Virus record (IMG/VR): IMGVR_UViG_3300030099_008323
Location: 64,001-128,000 of that record
Source of the DNA: a virus
Strand: one strand, 5' to 3'
DNA length: 64,000 nucleotides
Part shown: positions 1 to 10,900 of the stretch, one piece after another
How positions within the stretch are numbered: position 1 is the first letter of the stretch
Layout of the letters: the number at the start of each line of letters is the position of its first letter
The notes under the pieces: model-generated
Databases searched by the model: none
Told to the model about the DNA's origin: nothing
Seen by the model: the letters and a program-made list of their open reading frames with translations, nothing else
Position numbers and translations under genes: made by a program

Positions 1-2942
1 ACATTTAATAAAGCAAGGCGAATGGCCATAGCTGCAATAGTTTTCTCTGCTCCGGAGCCCATCTCAATTGGGCGTGCGTCATAACTCGGATGCTTTATCA
101 GTATATCAAGTTTCTTGTCATCATTTTCAAAGAAAACTTCAAAGTCAACAATGTTTGTCAATATTTTAGAAATCTCATCGTTTATGAGAGGAAGTCTTTT
201 TTTAATTATATCATATGAAATTCCGTTTGCATGCATGCAGCGCATAAAAAGATCAGCGGTTGTATAGGCCTGCTGCATATCTTCATAGCTATTTCGCTGT
301 GCAATTAACTCCGTATTTTTCTGCTCAAAACGACCAACTGAGGTGTATAAATCGATTAATTCTAATTTTTGTGTTTCTACTATCTTCTCCAAAGATAATA
401 TTTCTTGTGATAGGTGTACTTCTTGTTTCTGTAGATCTTCAAGATTTTCTATAACTTCTCTATTTTCTTCATAAAGCTTCTCTTTTTCTTCTAAGGTTTC
501 TAAAAGAGAGCTAGCTTTTAAAAGTTTAATCTTATCTTTCTCAATATCAATTTTTAGAGTTGACACCTCATTTCTTATAGCTACACCTCTCTCTTGAAGA
601 AGAATATATTTACTAGAATATTCATCTAGCTTGTCGACATTCATTTCGTCTAACTTATTCTGTAAAGTTTTTTTATTTAGAGTTAGTTGATTTAAGCCAA
701 TTTTAACTCTGTTTGTGTCATCGATTGCATATCTAGCATCAGAAACAAAATAACATTTTTCTTGCAGCTTGTGATTACACGGAGCAGATTTAAGCAATTC
801 AATTTTTTTCTCAATTATCTGCTTTCTTGCCTTGTGCTTTGAAATTTTGTCTTCAATTTCCTGCAGCCTTTGTATAAATTCACTTGCAATTTGTTTTTTA
901 TTATTAACATCTTCAATGTCGAAGCTATCAATAAAATTTTCAATTTTCTGTAGGAGTGCCTCTTCATCAACTACCCTTTCTCTTTTTTTCTTGAGATTGA
1001 CTTCTATCTTTGAAGCTTCAGTTTTAACAGTCTTCAATTTATCTAGAACTTGTTTAATATCAATTACTTCATTAGGAATTGATTTAATTTGATTTTGTAT
1101 GCCGCTTAAAGAATTTTTACAAGTCTGCAAAGCCAATATTTTTTCTTCGCTTAATCTTTGACGATTTAAGAGCTTTGTCTCCACTCTAGCTAGTTCAGTA
1201 TTAGATTGTTTTATTTCTTCATTTAAATTACGATCGGACATCTTACGAATAGCGCCTTTGAGATCGCTTGATTCGTCTTTTGCTAGTTTAAACTTCCGCT
1301 CAAAAATCTCTAAATCTAAAAATTTTGCTAATATTTCTTTTCTTCTTGTAGAACCTTCATTGATATAAGATAGTGATTCCAGCTGACTGGCCATTGAGGT
1401 AGTAAGAAAATCCTCAATTGTTCCAAATATTTTACGAATATTTTTGTCAGTTTGCATCCTGGTGATGCCGTTTAGGCTGGTGCTTACATCAGTTGCGTTA
1501 TCATAAACATTAAACTCTACATCAGTTTTCGCCTCATCAGTTTCTTTTCCTTTTAACTTTTTAGTGTATTTAGTGCTTTTTCTTTCAATACTATAGGTTT
1601 TAGTGCCTATATCAATCTCAACATAGCCGCGGCACCAGTCTTCGTCCTGGTTGATAAGATTAAAATTCTTCCTATTGTTTTTTGAAGTTGTATTGTATAT
1701 GGTATACAGGATACTATCAATAATACTTGATTTACCGGAAAAATTTTTTCCTAAGATGCCAACAATCCCCTCCATTTTTGAAAAATCAATACAATTTGAT
1801 TCTCCATAATTAAAAAGATTATCCCACGCGACTTTACTAAACTTCCAATTAATGTTTCTTCTTACATCCTCCTCATCTTCAACAACAGCGTTAAATTTTC
1901 TGTTCATATCAAAAACTTGTTTGAGCGCGGTAGAGCTTGGTTGGTAGTCCTTTAAGTATTCGTCAATAAACTCCTCTTGTACTGCGATATCGCGGAGATC
2001 TTCTTGAATTAAGCCATTTGTTAGTTCTTCAACAGAGCCTCTGTCGCCGGCAGATTTGTTCAAATAAGTAATGGCCTCGGGCTTAAAACGCACCTTAGCA
2101 ACATCTACCGCGCGCCTAACAACATCTAACGGCAAATTATTCTCAGAAATTAGCCGTAATCTTGCATTTTTTTGCACTTCAAGCTTATTAGGCAGTCTAC
2201 CTTTAGGAGTCAGTCTAATAGTTATAAAAGGCTTGGGATTGCGTAAAATTATATGCTTGCAAGTAAATGTATCTTTACCTTTGATATCCCAAATCAAAAA
2301 ACCTTTATCGTTGGTTTCCCCGTGGTTTTGTTGTACCGTCGAACCCGGATAACGTATTTTTCCCGCTTTGTCAAGGGCTTGATTGGTTTTGTGTATATCT
2401 CCAAGAAAACCATAATCAAAATTATTAAAAATATTAATATCATCTTCACCGTGCTCCATTGTCCAACCGGTATCAGTTTTTACGCCGCTAATCGAGCCAT
2501 GATACAGAGCAATATTAATTCGCTCGTTGCAGGTGGGATTTTGCCAATTATCTCTATCGAAAACCGAAAGGACATTAATAGTAAATTTCTCATCTAATTT
2601 TGTCTCTCCTGAGTTCTTAAGTAAATATAAGTTTGTGTGATTTAAAGCATCAATAATTGGAGATAAGGCATCTTGACGACTTGAGTTTTTCAAATTACCA
2701 TCATGATTGCCTAAAATCACATATGTTGGTGCAATATCTGCTAAGCTCGATAAAAAATTTGAGCACATTTCAACAAACTCTGGACTAATTTGAGTTTTTG
2801 TATGGGCAATATCTCCGCAATGTACAATGTAATCGGGCTTTTCTTGTCTCAGCTTCTCATATAAATTTTTAAAAACAGTTCTATATTCTTTGTGATATTT
2901 TAAATTACGAATGTGAGTATCTGCTATGTGTGCAAACTTCAT
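1..2942 (-). CDS. Fused Mre11/SbcD nuclease-Rad50/SbcC ATPase, 3' end outside window (>980 aa)
   Basis: Hand-translated from ATG 2942 (GGAG 6 nt upstream), with no stop down to base 1. Metallophosphoesterase motifs: AHIADTH, HCGDIAH, LGNHD, LYHG, LGDIHK. The same frame continues into Walker A GKNFSGKSS (~1730-1750), a Q-loop (MASQL), a long coiled coil and the signature-like MGSGAEK (~45-62). Not in the ORF track. Confidence 0.93.
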   Translation of the reverse strand, partial: MKFAHIADTHIRNLKYHKEYRTVFKNLYEKLRQEKPDYIVHCGDIAHTKTQISPEFVEMCSNFLSSLADIAPTYVILGNHDGNLKNSSRQDALSPIIDALNHTNLYLLKNSGETKLDEKFTINVLSVFDRDNWQNPTCNERINIALYHGSISGVKTDTGWTMEHGEDDINIFNNFDYGFLGDIHKTNQALDKAGKIRYPGSTVQQNHGETNDKGFLIWDIKGKDTFTCKHIILRNPKPFITIRLTPKGRLPNKLEVQKNARLRLISENNLPLDVVRRAVDVAKVRFKPEAITYLNKSAGDRGSVEELTNGLIQEDLRDIAVQEEFIDEYLKDYQPSSTALKQVFDMNRKFNAVVEDEEDVRRNINWKFSKVAWDNLFNYGESNCIDFSKMEGIVGILGKNFSGKSSIIDSILYTIYNTTSKNNRKNFNLINQDEDWCRGYVEIDIGTKTYSIERKSTKYTKKLKGKETDEAKTDVEFNVYDNATDVSTSLNGITRMQTDKNIRKIFGTIEDFLTTSMASQLESLSYINEGSTRRKEILAKFLDLEIFERKFKLAKDESSDLKGAIRKMSDRNLNEEIKQSNTELARVETKLLNRQRLSEEKILALQTCKNSLSGIQNQIKSIPNEVIDIKQVLDKLKTVKTEASKIEVNLKKKRERVVDEEALLQKIENFIDSFDIEDVNNKKQIASEFIQRLQEIEDKISKHKARKQIIEKKIELLKSAPCNHKLQEKCYFVSDARYAIDDTNRVKIGLNQLTLNKKTLQNKLDEMNVDKLDEYSSKYILLQERGVAIRNEVSTLKIDIEKDKIKLLKASSLLETLEEKEKLYEENREVIENLEDLQKQEVHLSQEILSLEKIVETQKLELIDLYTSVGRFEQKNTELIAQRNSYEDMQQAYTTADLFMRCMHANGISYDIIKKRLPLINDEISKILTNIVDFEVFFENDDKKLDILIKHPSYDARPIEMGSGAEKTIAAMAIRLALLN

Positions 2943-2989
2943 GTATTCTCCGGTCATAACAATATAAAAACAAAATATTTATTGTATTG

Positions 2990-3931
2990 CTAAATATTGA
3001 TAATTCTATTCAAAAGGTAAGTATCAGAATCAATAGCCACAGACTGGCTTTTTCTTTGCTCAAATGTTTTTATAGGCATCTCTGCTACATCATCATAAAG
3101 TGAAGTATCAATTAGATTAGTTTTAATATTGTGTTTCAATAAAAGATTAATAATAATATTAGTTTTTCTGTCAGCATCATTGTCTAGTGCTAAAAATACT
3201 TTAGTATCATGATTGACAATTTTCTGCAGTAAATATGAATTTTTGTTTAGAGTTGACCCTAGAATCGGTATTGAGTTTTCTCCGGCTCTCACAGCATCAA
3301 ACACTCCCTCTACCAGCACAATATCTTTATCAAAATCAATGTAAAGCTCATTAAAAATTATATCTTTAGAGAAACTAGGGTTTAGATACTTCTTCCAGCT
3401 ACCATCATAGGATCTAGCTATAAAATAATTTAATCTACCACTTTCGTTGAAAGATGGAATAATAATGCGGCCTCCAAACTTACCAGATGCACAGTAACCC
3501 ATCTTCCACCTGATTATATCTTGTTGTGTAAGCCCACGACTATACAAATAATTTAATGGTCTAGTTGCTGTAGAGGGTAGGTTTTTGTTAACCAATGAAA
3601 CAAATTTTTTTGGAAGTTCAATTTTCTGTTCTTCAACCTCGTCAGCCTCACCAAAAAGTTTTTCAACAAAATTGTTAATCTCAATCTGCTGGTCAAATGA
3701 AAGCCATTCTTTTCTGGTTGATAGACTAGCTTCATTTTTGATAATTGTATACAGGTTTCTACCAGACCAATCACAGACCCAACATTTAAAAACATTTTTC
3801 TCAATATTAACTGCTAATTTTTTTTTGTGATGGTTACATTTAGGACAGCTAAAGAGCAATTGAGAGTGGTTTTCTTGAAAATATGCTCCGAGGACCTCTT
3901 TTAATATTTTAATTTTTTTTATTTTTGACAT
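2990..3931 (-). CDS. DNA primase (zinc finger + TOPRIM, phage DnaG/gp61-like)
   Basis: CPKC...CWVC zinc-binding domain, GRIIIP, EGVFDA and LDND TOPRIM motifs. Start placed at ATG 3931 (MSKIKK); the track extends it to 3961. Confidence 0.9.
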   Translation of the reverse strand: MSKIKKIKILKEVLGAYFQENHSQLLFSCPKCNHHKKKLAVNIEKNVFKCWVCDWSGRNLYTIIKNEASLSTRKEWLSFDQQIEINNFVEKLFGEADEVEEQKIELPKKFVSLVNKNLPSTATRPLNYLYSRGLTQQDIIRWKMGYCASGKFGGRIIIPSFNESGRLNYFIARSYDGSWKKYLNPSFSKDIIFNELYIDFDKDIVLVEGVFDAVRAGENSIPILGSTLNKNSYLLQKIVNHDTKVFLALDNDADRKTNIIINLLLKHNIKTNLIDTSLYDDVAEMPIKTFEQRKSQSVAIDSDTYLLNRIINI

Positions 3932-4434
3932 TGAAGATAACCAGCTTGAGCAATAACCCAACTATCTGCCTTGTCAAAACAGTATGGCTTGGGGTTGCCA
4001 TGCTTAGTATATTCTATAAGAACATCCGAAACATTGTCAATCACATGCTGTATAACAACTTGTTTCGCTTTCACTCCTTTCGGCACTTTAATCCCACATT
4101 TTTTTCTTGCTGATGTAGCGGCGATATATTCAGGCTTTAATTTTAATATGCTGTAGCACAGCCAAGATACAATACCATTAAAGCGTGATAGTGTAGATAG
4201 AGTTTTGGCTGATGAAAAACCACTTCGAAAACTCTGCAGAGATTGTTCAATATAGACTCTTTTAATAAAAAAAGAAGATTTCAGATCGCCAATCTTGTCT
4301 TCGACGACCTTGGCCTTTTCAAAAAAATCTTTGTACTTTCTTAAATCCCAACCTTCATTATAGATGACGTTACCTGCCTCATCAATAATTGTGGCACCTG
4401 TTATGCTAGTGCTAATATCTAATCCTAAAATCAT
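3919..4434 (-). CDS. RuvC-like Holliday junction resolvase
   Basis: N-terminal ILGLDISTSITG, central VYIEQ and C-terminal DKADS acidic catalytic pattern of the RuvC/RNase H fold; adjacent to the primase. Confidence 0.85.
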   Translation of the reverse strand: MILGLDISTSITGATIIDEAGNVIYNEGWDLRKYKDFFEKAKVVEDKIGDLKSSFFIKRVYIEQSLQSFRSGFSSAKTLSTLSRFNGIVSWLCYSILKLKPEYIAATSARKKCGIKVPKGVKAKQVVIQHVIDNVSDVLIEYTKHGNPKPYCFDKADSWVIAQAGYLQCQK

Positions 4435-4440
4435 TTATAG

Positions 4441-4470
4441 ATTATATCATATATCAAGCTTGAGTTTAAA
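4441..4470 (-). promoter_or_regulatory. Candidate sigma70-type promoter (extended -10) for the RuvC-primase-Mre11/Rad50 block
   Basis: Minus strand reads TTTAAA-N18-TATAAT with TG at the extended -10 position (TGaTATAAT, hexamer at 4441-4446). The hexamer is 6 nt before the RuvC ATG, which has no SD. Confidence 0.45.
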
Positions 4471-5625
4471 TGTATAACTTCGTTCTTCTAGCTTTTTAAC
4501 TGGATTTGCTAATGATGCGATTGCAATTAAATTTCTATTTTCGTCGTAAACTCCAACTTTAGAAATATATGTTATTGGTTTAAAACTAGCCGAGTATCCT
4601 TTGTAGCTGCTAGAAACTATATTTTTTATGCCAGCGGTATTATTTTGCACATAAAAACTGCTGCCTGATAATGCATATAAATTGCCAGTAACATAAGTTG
4701 GATTGTTGGAAAAATTCAATTGATTTTCTTTAGCGTGTGCAAACATTGTTATAGTGTTAACATGATTAACACCATTAAACTCTATACTAAAGCTAGAACT
4801 TGGCGCGTGGGAGTGAGCATTTGTGGTTGCAAAATATTGCCAAGAGGGAGACACAAAGCTTGCGCCGGAGCCAGGGCCATACTTGTCTCTATTAGCCGAT
4901 CCGCTTGGACCTTTTAAATCAGCACTTGAGGTTAACACCAAAAAGCCTTCGTTGTACATCGCTACGCCGACAACTTGATTCGTCAATGTACCTGTTGTTT
5001 GTATTATTTCGCCATTTCTGTTTATATCAGAAGCTTCTGCAATTAACGTACCAGTAATATAATATTTTAATTTAATCGAGCCTTTCTTGATCGATGAGCC
5101 ATAAAAAATTGAAGGTATCTGAATCAATTTTATAATATTAGACTCTAAAGAGTTTATTGTTCTATCTTCATAATTATATTGATAGTGCGGGCTTAATCCT
5201 GTATAATAATTTAAACTATTTTGCATGGCTTGCAGAATAGTCTTTTTGCGGCCTGTGAAAGAAGCTGCAAATAAATCAGAATGAATTGAGGAAGTGACAA
5301 CATAACTTCCTTGGATTGTATCCCCCATATCATTATTAAGAGTATAATCACTCAATGAGATAGTGTTAAAGGAAGTAAAATTACCTCTCTTAGTAATAAA
5401 AGGAAATATTAATTGGTTACTCGGCCTATTGACGTTTAAATCGTAAAGATTGACGCAGCCATTAGGTGTGTTACTGTTTTCAAACTCTTGATCAGTGTTG
5501 TTATAATAGATTGAACTTGTATATATAAAAAACTTTGTTTTTGGATAAGTTTTTATAGTATTTATTAATACATCATTTTTATCAAATTTAAAAAAATTAC
5601 CATATTCTGGTACGTGAGATGGCAT
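4447..5625 (-). CDS. Virion/baseplate-associated protein (392 aa) with tail-collar-fibre-like C-terminal motif
   Basis: C-terminus YISKVGVYDENRNLIAIASLANPVKK...KLKLDI is shared with the 366-aa neighbour and resembles the C-terminal half of the DUF3751 tail-collar fibre domain. SD GGGGAGG. Confidence 0.6.
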   Translation of the reverse strand: MPSHVPEYGNFFKFDKNDVLINTIKTYPKTKFFIYTSSIYYNNTDQEFENSNTPNGCVNLYDLNVNRPSNQLIFPFITKRGNFTSFNTISLSDYTLNNDMGDTIQGSYVVTSSIHSDLFAASFTGRKKTILQAMQNSLNYYTGLSPHYQYNYEDRTINSLESNIIKLIQIPSIFYGSSIKKGSIKLKYYITGTLIAEASDINRNGEIIQTTGTLTNQVVGVAMYNEGFLVLTSSADLKGPSGSANRDKYGPGSGASFVSPSWQYFATTNAHSHAPSSSFSIEFNGVNHVNTITMFAHAKENQLNFSNNPTYVTGNLYALSGSSFYVQNNTAGIKNIVSSSYKGYSASFKPITYISKVGVYDENRNLIAIASLANPVKKLEERSYTFKLKLDI

Positions 5626-5639
5626 AAACTACCTCCCCA

Positions 5640-6740
5640 CTAGTAATCTAACCTAACACGTAAAGTAAGCTCAGTGTTTGGGTCTTTTCTAATTGGCTCA
5701 GATAGTTTTGCTACGGCTAACATCTCGTTGTCTGCAGAATAAAGACCTACAGTTGTTATATATGACAAAGGTAAGTCATTAACATTGTTTTTAACAACTA
5801 TTTTGCTGCTGTTAACATATGTCGGATTAGAACTATAATTAAATTCATTGTGGTTGGCCCTACAGAAATAAATTGTAGAATTTAATTCAATTGTATTATT
5901 AAAACTAATGTTATGAATCCTGTGTCTAAAGCCTCCTGCTAGTGTGTCGATAGTGGAGCCAGTTGAAGCAAGCTTTATGCCAGTGCCAGTAGCACTAGCA
6001 AGCGCATGCGCAGGGTTGTGCTTGCCTTCGCCGGCAGCAAAAGAAGCTGGAGTGCCAAACTGGTCTAAGAAAATCGCTGACGTTAAAACGACTACGCCGG
6101 CTTGATAAAATACCAATCCAACGGATTGTGACTCTTCGCCGGCTTGGGCTGATGAGCCTGTGAAGAGCAAGCCATAATCGCCAGCGGGGCTAGTTCTAAA
6201 TTGATTTGCAGATAAGTAATCGCCTATTGTTGTTTTATTTTTTCTAGTTGAACCGTTGCCATCAACTGCTCCAGAAAGATGAAGCCCAATTCTAAATGAA
6301 TTTTTCTTAATTTCATCTTTTGTTAATAATCTAGAAAAATTAACAAAGAAACATTGATTCATAATACCGGTATTATCATCAAGTGTGCCGTCAGAGTCAA
6401 ATTTTCTTATGCTGCCACTTTCGTTGTAGCCCATTAAAACTTGAGCCATTTGATTATAAATATTGAGTTTTTTAGAGTTTTGTATATTTGCGCTTGCGCT
6501 AGCGGCTGAACTATAGCCATATGAAACATCAAAAATGTGGTTAGCTGAGGAACTTAAGAAAGGGTAATCGTAAACTGACTGAAACATTCCATGAGAGAAT
6601 GTTTTTATATTTAGTTCAGTGCCTGGCGTATTCTGATACGTGCCGGAAGCTATCGTACCAGTGACAGGAATTGATTCATGTAGAAGTGTCCTTGTGTTAA
6701 CAACATCATTATTTAATAAAGTTTTAAAAGTGCTGGCCAT
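5640..6740 (-). CDS. Virion/baseplate-associated protein (366 aa), paralog of 4447..5625
   Basis: C-terminus YITTVGLYSADNEMLAVAKLSEPIRK...RVRLDY; shares the FNYSSNPTYV / LNFSNNPTYV motif with the 392-aa protein. Confidence 0.6.
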   Translation of the reverse strand: MASTFKTLLNNDVVNTRTLLHESIPVTGTIASGTYQNTPGTELNIKTFSHGMFQSVYDYPFLSSSANHIFDVSYGYSSAASASANIQNSKKLNIYNQMAQVLMGYNESGSIRKFDSDGTLDDNTGIMNQCFFVNFSRLLTKDEIKKNSFRIGLHLSGAVDGNGSTRKNKTTIGDYLSANQFRTSPAGDYGLLFTGSSAQAGEESQSVGLVFYQAGVVVLTSAIFLDQFGTPASFAAGEGKHNPAHALASATGTGIKLASTGSTIDTLAGGFRHRIHNISFNNTIELNSTIYFCRANHNEFNYSSNPTYVNSSKIVVKNNVNDLPLSYITTVGLYSADNEMLAVAKLSEPIRKDPNTELTLRVRLDY

Positions 6741-6750
6741 AATTTTTCAC

Positions 6751-7848
6751 CTATGCTATTTTTACATATCTAATTGGAATATCTAATCTAAATCCAGTGT
6801 TTGCTCCAACAATTCGTACCGTTGAATCAATAAAGTAAGCAGTTTTGTTTGCTAAGAAGCCATCAACGCTTTGATTCGCCAAACCAAGAGTTGTGCTGGC
6901 AGATGCAGCCTCTGATCGACCGATTTGAGTGAACAGATAAGTCGATGAATTAAGCTCTTGCGAAGCATGAATTCTAAGGCCTAAAGTATTTCCTCTAGGA
7001 CCAGCGAAAACTTGTGGGTCGCCAATAGCCTCTAAGGCTGATTGTGTTCTCTTGTTATCTGTTGTCCTAGCATTTGCTGGAGTTGACATGTCGCTTCTGT
7101 TAATGTACGTATTATTGCTTAAATAATAGGAAGCAATATTATCATCGTCAATAAAATTAACTGCTGCAGGAGAATTAACTGTAACAGGCTTAACTCTGCC
7201 TAAACGATAATCTAATTCTACTATAAAAGCTGTCTCAAGTAAATCTGTGTCTAAGCCTATCTCAGGCGCTAGCTCATTTGTATCTAATCCTTGATCAATA
7301 CGAATAAAGTCCTGTGCCTCTGTTTCATTACCTCCGCCGAAGCCTCTAATAACTCCTGTAAACGTAGGTACGGGGTCGCCATCACCGACAGCGCCGCCGA
7401 CGCGAAAAGTTGACAAAGCTTTGTAGGTATCTTGGTCAACAGCAACATAAAACCTAGTGTCAGTCTTGTCAGTAGCAGAAGTTGCGCCAGTTCGATTGTA
7501 CATTTCAGATGAAGCCGGCTGGTTGACGGGGCTACTCGTATTATTTTTATTAACCTTAAGAGTGGGCATAAATAGAATATTAGTTCTTGAAATTGTCAAA
7601 AGCTTAGTTTTTAAATTTGATGTATTGTTAGTAAAAGCCTCTAAAACTGGTGTTTGCAAAATCTGCAAATCGTAAAAAGCACTGCCGCTTGAATGATTTT
7701 TATCATACAAACCATAGTTTATTTCATCATCACCAAAAGCAAATTTGCTTATTTTAAAACTACCGTCACCTTGCGCTAACCTCAATCGACCAGTATCAGT
7801 CAATACCGCATCAAGAATTATATCACCTGAGTTATCTAAAAATGCCAT
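6751..7848 (-). CDS. Virion/baseplate-associated protein (365 aa) with tail-collar-fibre-like N-terminal motif
   Basis: N-terminus LDAVLTDTGRLRLAQGDGSFKISKFAFGDDEINY resembles the DUF3751 N-terminal strand-helix (ILT..G...LA.....I...A.GD). SD GAGGAG. Confidence 0.55.
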   Translation of the reverse strand: MAFLDNSGDIILDAVLTDTGRLRLAQGDGSFKISKFAFGDDEINYGLYDKNHSSGSAFYDLQILQTPVLEAFTNNTSNLKTKLLTISRTNILFMPTLKVNKNNTSSPVNQPASSEMYNRTGATSATDKTDTRFYVAVDQDTYKALSTFRVGGAVGDGDPVPTFTGVIRGFGGGNETEAQDFIRIDQGLDTNELAPEIGLDTDLLETAFIVELDYRLGRVKPVTVNSPAAVNFIDDDNIASYYLSNNTYINRSDMSTPANARTTDNKRTQSALEAIGDPQVFAGPRGNTLGLRIHASQELNSSTYLFTQIGRSEAASASTTLGLANQSVDGFLANKTAYFIDSTVRIVGANTGFRLDIPIRYVKIA

Positions 7849-7862
7849 CTGTATACTCCTCT

Positions 7863-7878
7863 TTAACTAAATAGTTAA
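7863..7878 (-). promoter_or_regulatory. Candidate phage late-promoter motif CTATTTA inside a 16-bp palindrome
   Basis: Plus strand TTAACTA-AA-TAGTTAA; minus strand contains CTATTTA (7868-7874), about 20 nt upstream of ATG 7848. Confidence 0.5.
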
Positions 7879-7922
7879 TAATCTTAATTATGTATTATTT
7901 TAATGTTTCTCTTGAATGCAGA

Positions 7923-10900
7923 CTAATATCCGCCTGAGCCGCCGCCGCCTGAGGCGCCGCCTGAGGGGCTGACATTGCCCATACCACCTGGTGTTGGCCC
8001 TGAGGGCATGCCAGTATTTCCAACAATGCCACCAGAGCTTGGAGTGTAACCACCATCTGACTGACTAGAACCTCCTTGATTACCTCCAGGTGTTAAACTA
8101 AGTTGATTTGCCTGATCAACAGTTTGAATGGTGTTGGTGGCTGCTGTACCTTGAACTGGAATTTTCTCAGCTGATACGAGCACTTTTTCCTCTTTCTTTT
8201 CAAATGCAAGGTTAACATCAATCTTCTTGCCGGATGTTTTTGAAGTTAATCTAATTTTATATTTCTTCTTAACATCTTTTGAAGAAAAAATACTATCGAC
8301 ATCAGAATTATCTGAGTTAAATAATTGAATTGTTGAGGGTGATATATACAAATATTTATTAAGCTCTATCCTAGGGTTTTCTAGCTCTGGTACAAGCAGC
8401 GGTACAGTCCTAATTATAGGCCTAACTGCGCCTTGCATATCAACTAACTCGACTAAATATATTTCAGACGGGTTAGATATGTGACCATGAGAGTCAATAG
8501 ATCTAAATGTGTAATAGTATTTTTTATTCGGCAATATAGTCTCTTCATAAACACTACCATTGACAGTCGCATAAAATTCAAAATCTCCATATGATTCTGG
8601 ATGAACTTCACTCCGGAAGATCTGAAAAGAACTAATTGGGTCATCAGAGCCAAATTCAATTTTACCATCAGGTGTAAGCTGCGCATCTTTAATTGTCTGA
8701 AATTGAATTTGATCAGACTCAAGTAACGATATTGGCTCTTGCCTGTACCTATCTACTGAACCATCAAGTAAAATTTTAATCTTGCTATTTACTGCTCTAT
8801 ATGGCACAATATTAACTTGTGGAGGTATTGGTGGTTTGTCAAGAATTGTCATGACAGGAGTCTCAAAAACTTTATCTGCAATTAGTTTAATTGATGGCTC
8901 AACCTTTACTCTTAGAGTCGCAGAAAAGTGTGTAAAATAATTATCATTCTGTGTCCCAATGGCATTATCAGCCATCAAACCTAAACCACCTAGTGTCATT
9001 GCTAGTCCTTGTGGGCCCAGGCCCGGGCCTTCAGCATTTCCAAAACTAATTTTAACTCCCTCAGCTAAACTTTGAAGATCTTCAGTTAATTCAACCGGCG
9101 AGTATGGGCCCTGGAGATCTTCTGGCAGGGCAAAGCCGGCTTGAAGAGCACCAATAGAGGGGAGGAAAATACTTAAATCAGTATAGTCGTCTGAATTAAT
9201 ATCCGGAGTGATTCCAGCAAGAACATCCGGATGAGGGGCGGTCCATTGATATCGGTACTTTGATCCAAAAACTATCCTATGGGCGTGGACAATATATTTG
9301 TATTTAGCCACATTACCATATTTAACTTGAGTATCAATATATTTCATTATATTGGTATCGTCTATATTGGGGAAAAACACATTTTGTATTGGTGTCTCAG
9401 ATCCGTCATTTCTAATGATATATTTTGTTACACTATAAAAAAGATCCTCTGTGTGGGCTGGCTTGCCATCTAGAATATCCTTGTAACTTCTTTTTGTGCC
9501 TTCATATATTTTCAAAATATTTTCTTTTAATGCCGGAACATTAATGTTTTTATTATAAACATTGTCCATATCTCCAGTTAACATAGTTGATATAATTTCG
9601 AAAAAACCTTTATCGCTCTCACTTTGAAGTTGGCATAAGAAATTTCTAATATCATAAGTATCAGTGTTATAATCATCAAAATAGTCTTCTATTTCAATAA
9701 ATTTATCAAGCATCTCAATAACATCAATAATTTGTTTAATATCTTGTACAGGTTGCTGTGCAGGAATATTAACAGGAGAACCATCATCAATATTTTGTTT
9801 TACCGGAGTGGAATTTAAATCAAAGAATCTATATGGTACTGCATAATCAAATTTTTGTGTTGCTGGATCCTGTACTTTTGTATCAATTGAATCAAATATT
9901 GTATCTTCTTCTACGATTGTTTGCTCGCCAGTAACAGGATTAATTATTATTTTTGTTGTTGGTGAAGTAGAGGCTCCAGATTCATCAAATTTATTAGTAA
10001 TATTTTTGTAGGGCAAAGATGAGTCCTCTCTTTGTTTTGAAAGTGACGAGGCAAGATGATACATAAATAAATTATGTAGATTATACTCTTTAATTAATTT
10101 TGATATTGATACATCTCCACCCTTTGCAGTTGAGCTTGTATTTTTTTCAGTAGAAAATTCTATTTCATTATAAAAAGGAAAATAATTTTTGTATTTATCA
10201 ACCTTGTTCATTATTGGTATGATATTAGGGTCAAATAAAACATTCATCATACACTTTTCTAGAAATTGAAATTTCTTGTTGAAAGCAAAATCATTGTTAA
10301 ACTTATTGTCTGTGGTTAGTCTGAAAGTGTATTCATTAATATAACTCTCAAATAGGCCATCAATGTCAACACCAGTTGGTTTTGGTCTTTTTTTGTATGG
10401 ATTAAACGCCGTGGTAGAATCGTATGGCGCACTTAAAATTTTATTAATAATATTGGAAGTTTTTTCTATTTTTGTGGTTTTAGCAATATCATAATCAACC
10501 GAACCTATAGAGCCATATAAAGTTACCAAAGTCTCAAATGGGTAATGAAAAAGAATATTATTAATGGCATCAGCGCCAGGCTTGTTAATTTCACTATAGT
10601 CTGCAAGCAAATCACCTTTATCATAAAATTTCTTTATCGCGCCGATTGTTTGGTTGTATTTTGCTTGCTGGCCGGCTAAATAATTTGTATCACCCTCTAA
10701 AATCTCTTGGCCGGCGATGATTCTTAGAAAACCGTATACACTAGGTAAGGAATTATTTAATTCGTTACGATTGGCGATCGCTGTTTCGTAATCAGCACTG
10801 TTTATTCTTTCGTTGTAGTATGTTTTATAGTTAGCTATAGAAATATTTGGGCCTGTCATGTTAAACTGCAGCTGCTCTTTTGGTGTAAAAGGACGGCTTG

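Noticed and set aside
1-4434. Eukaryotic giant-virus (mimivirus-like) origin suggested by the Mre11/Rad50 fusion and sugar genes
   Set aside because: SD sites, coupled operons, a sigma factor, a DnaG-type primase and gp25/gp6/gp5 baseplate genes indicate a tailed bacteriophage.
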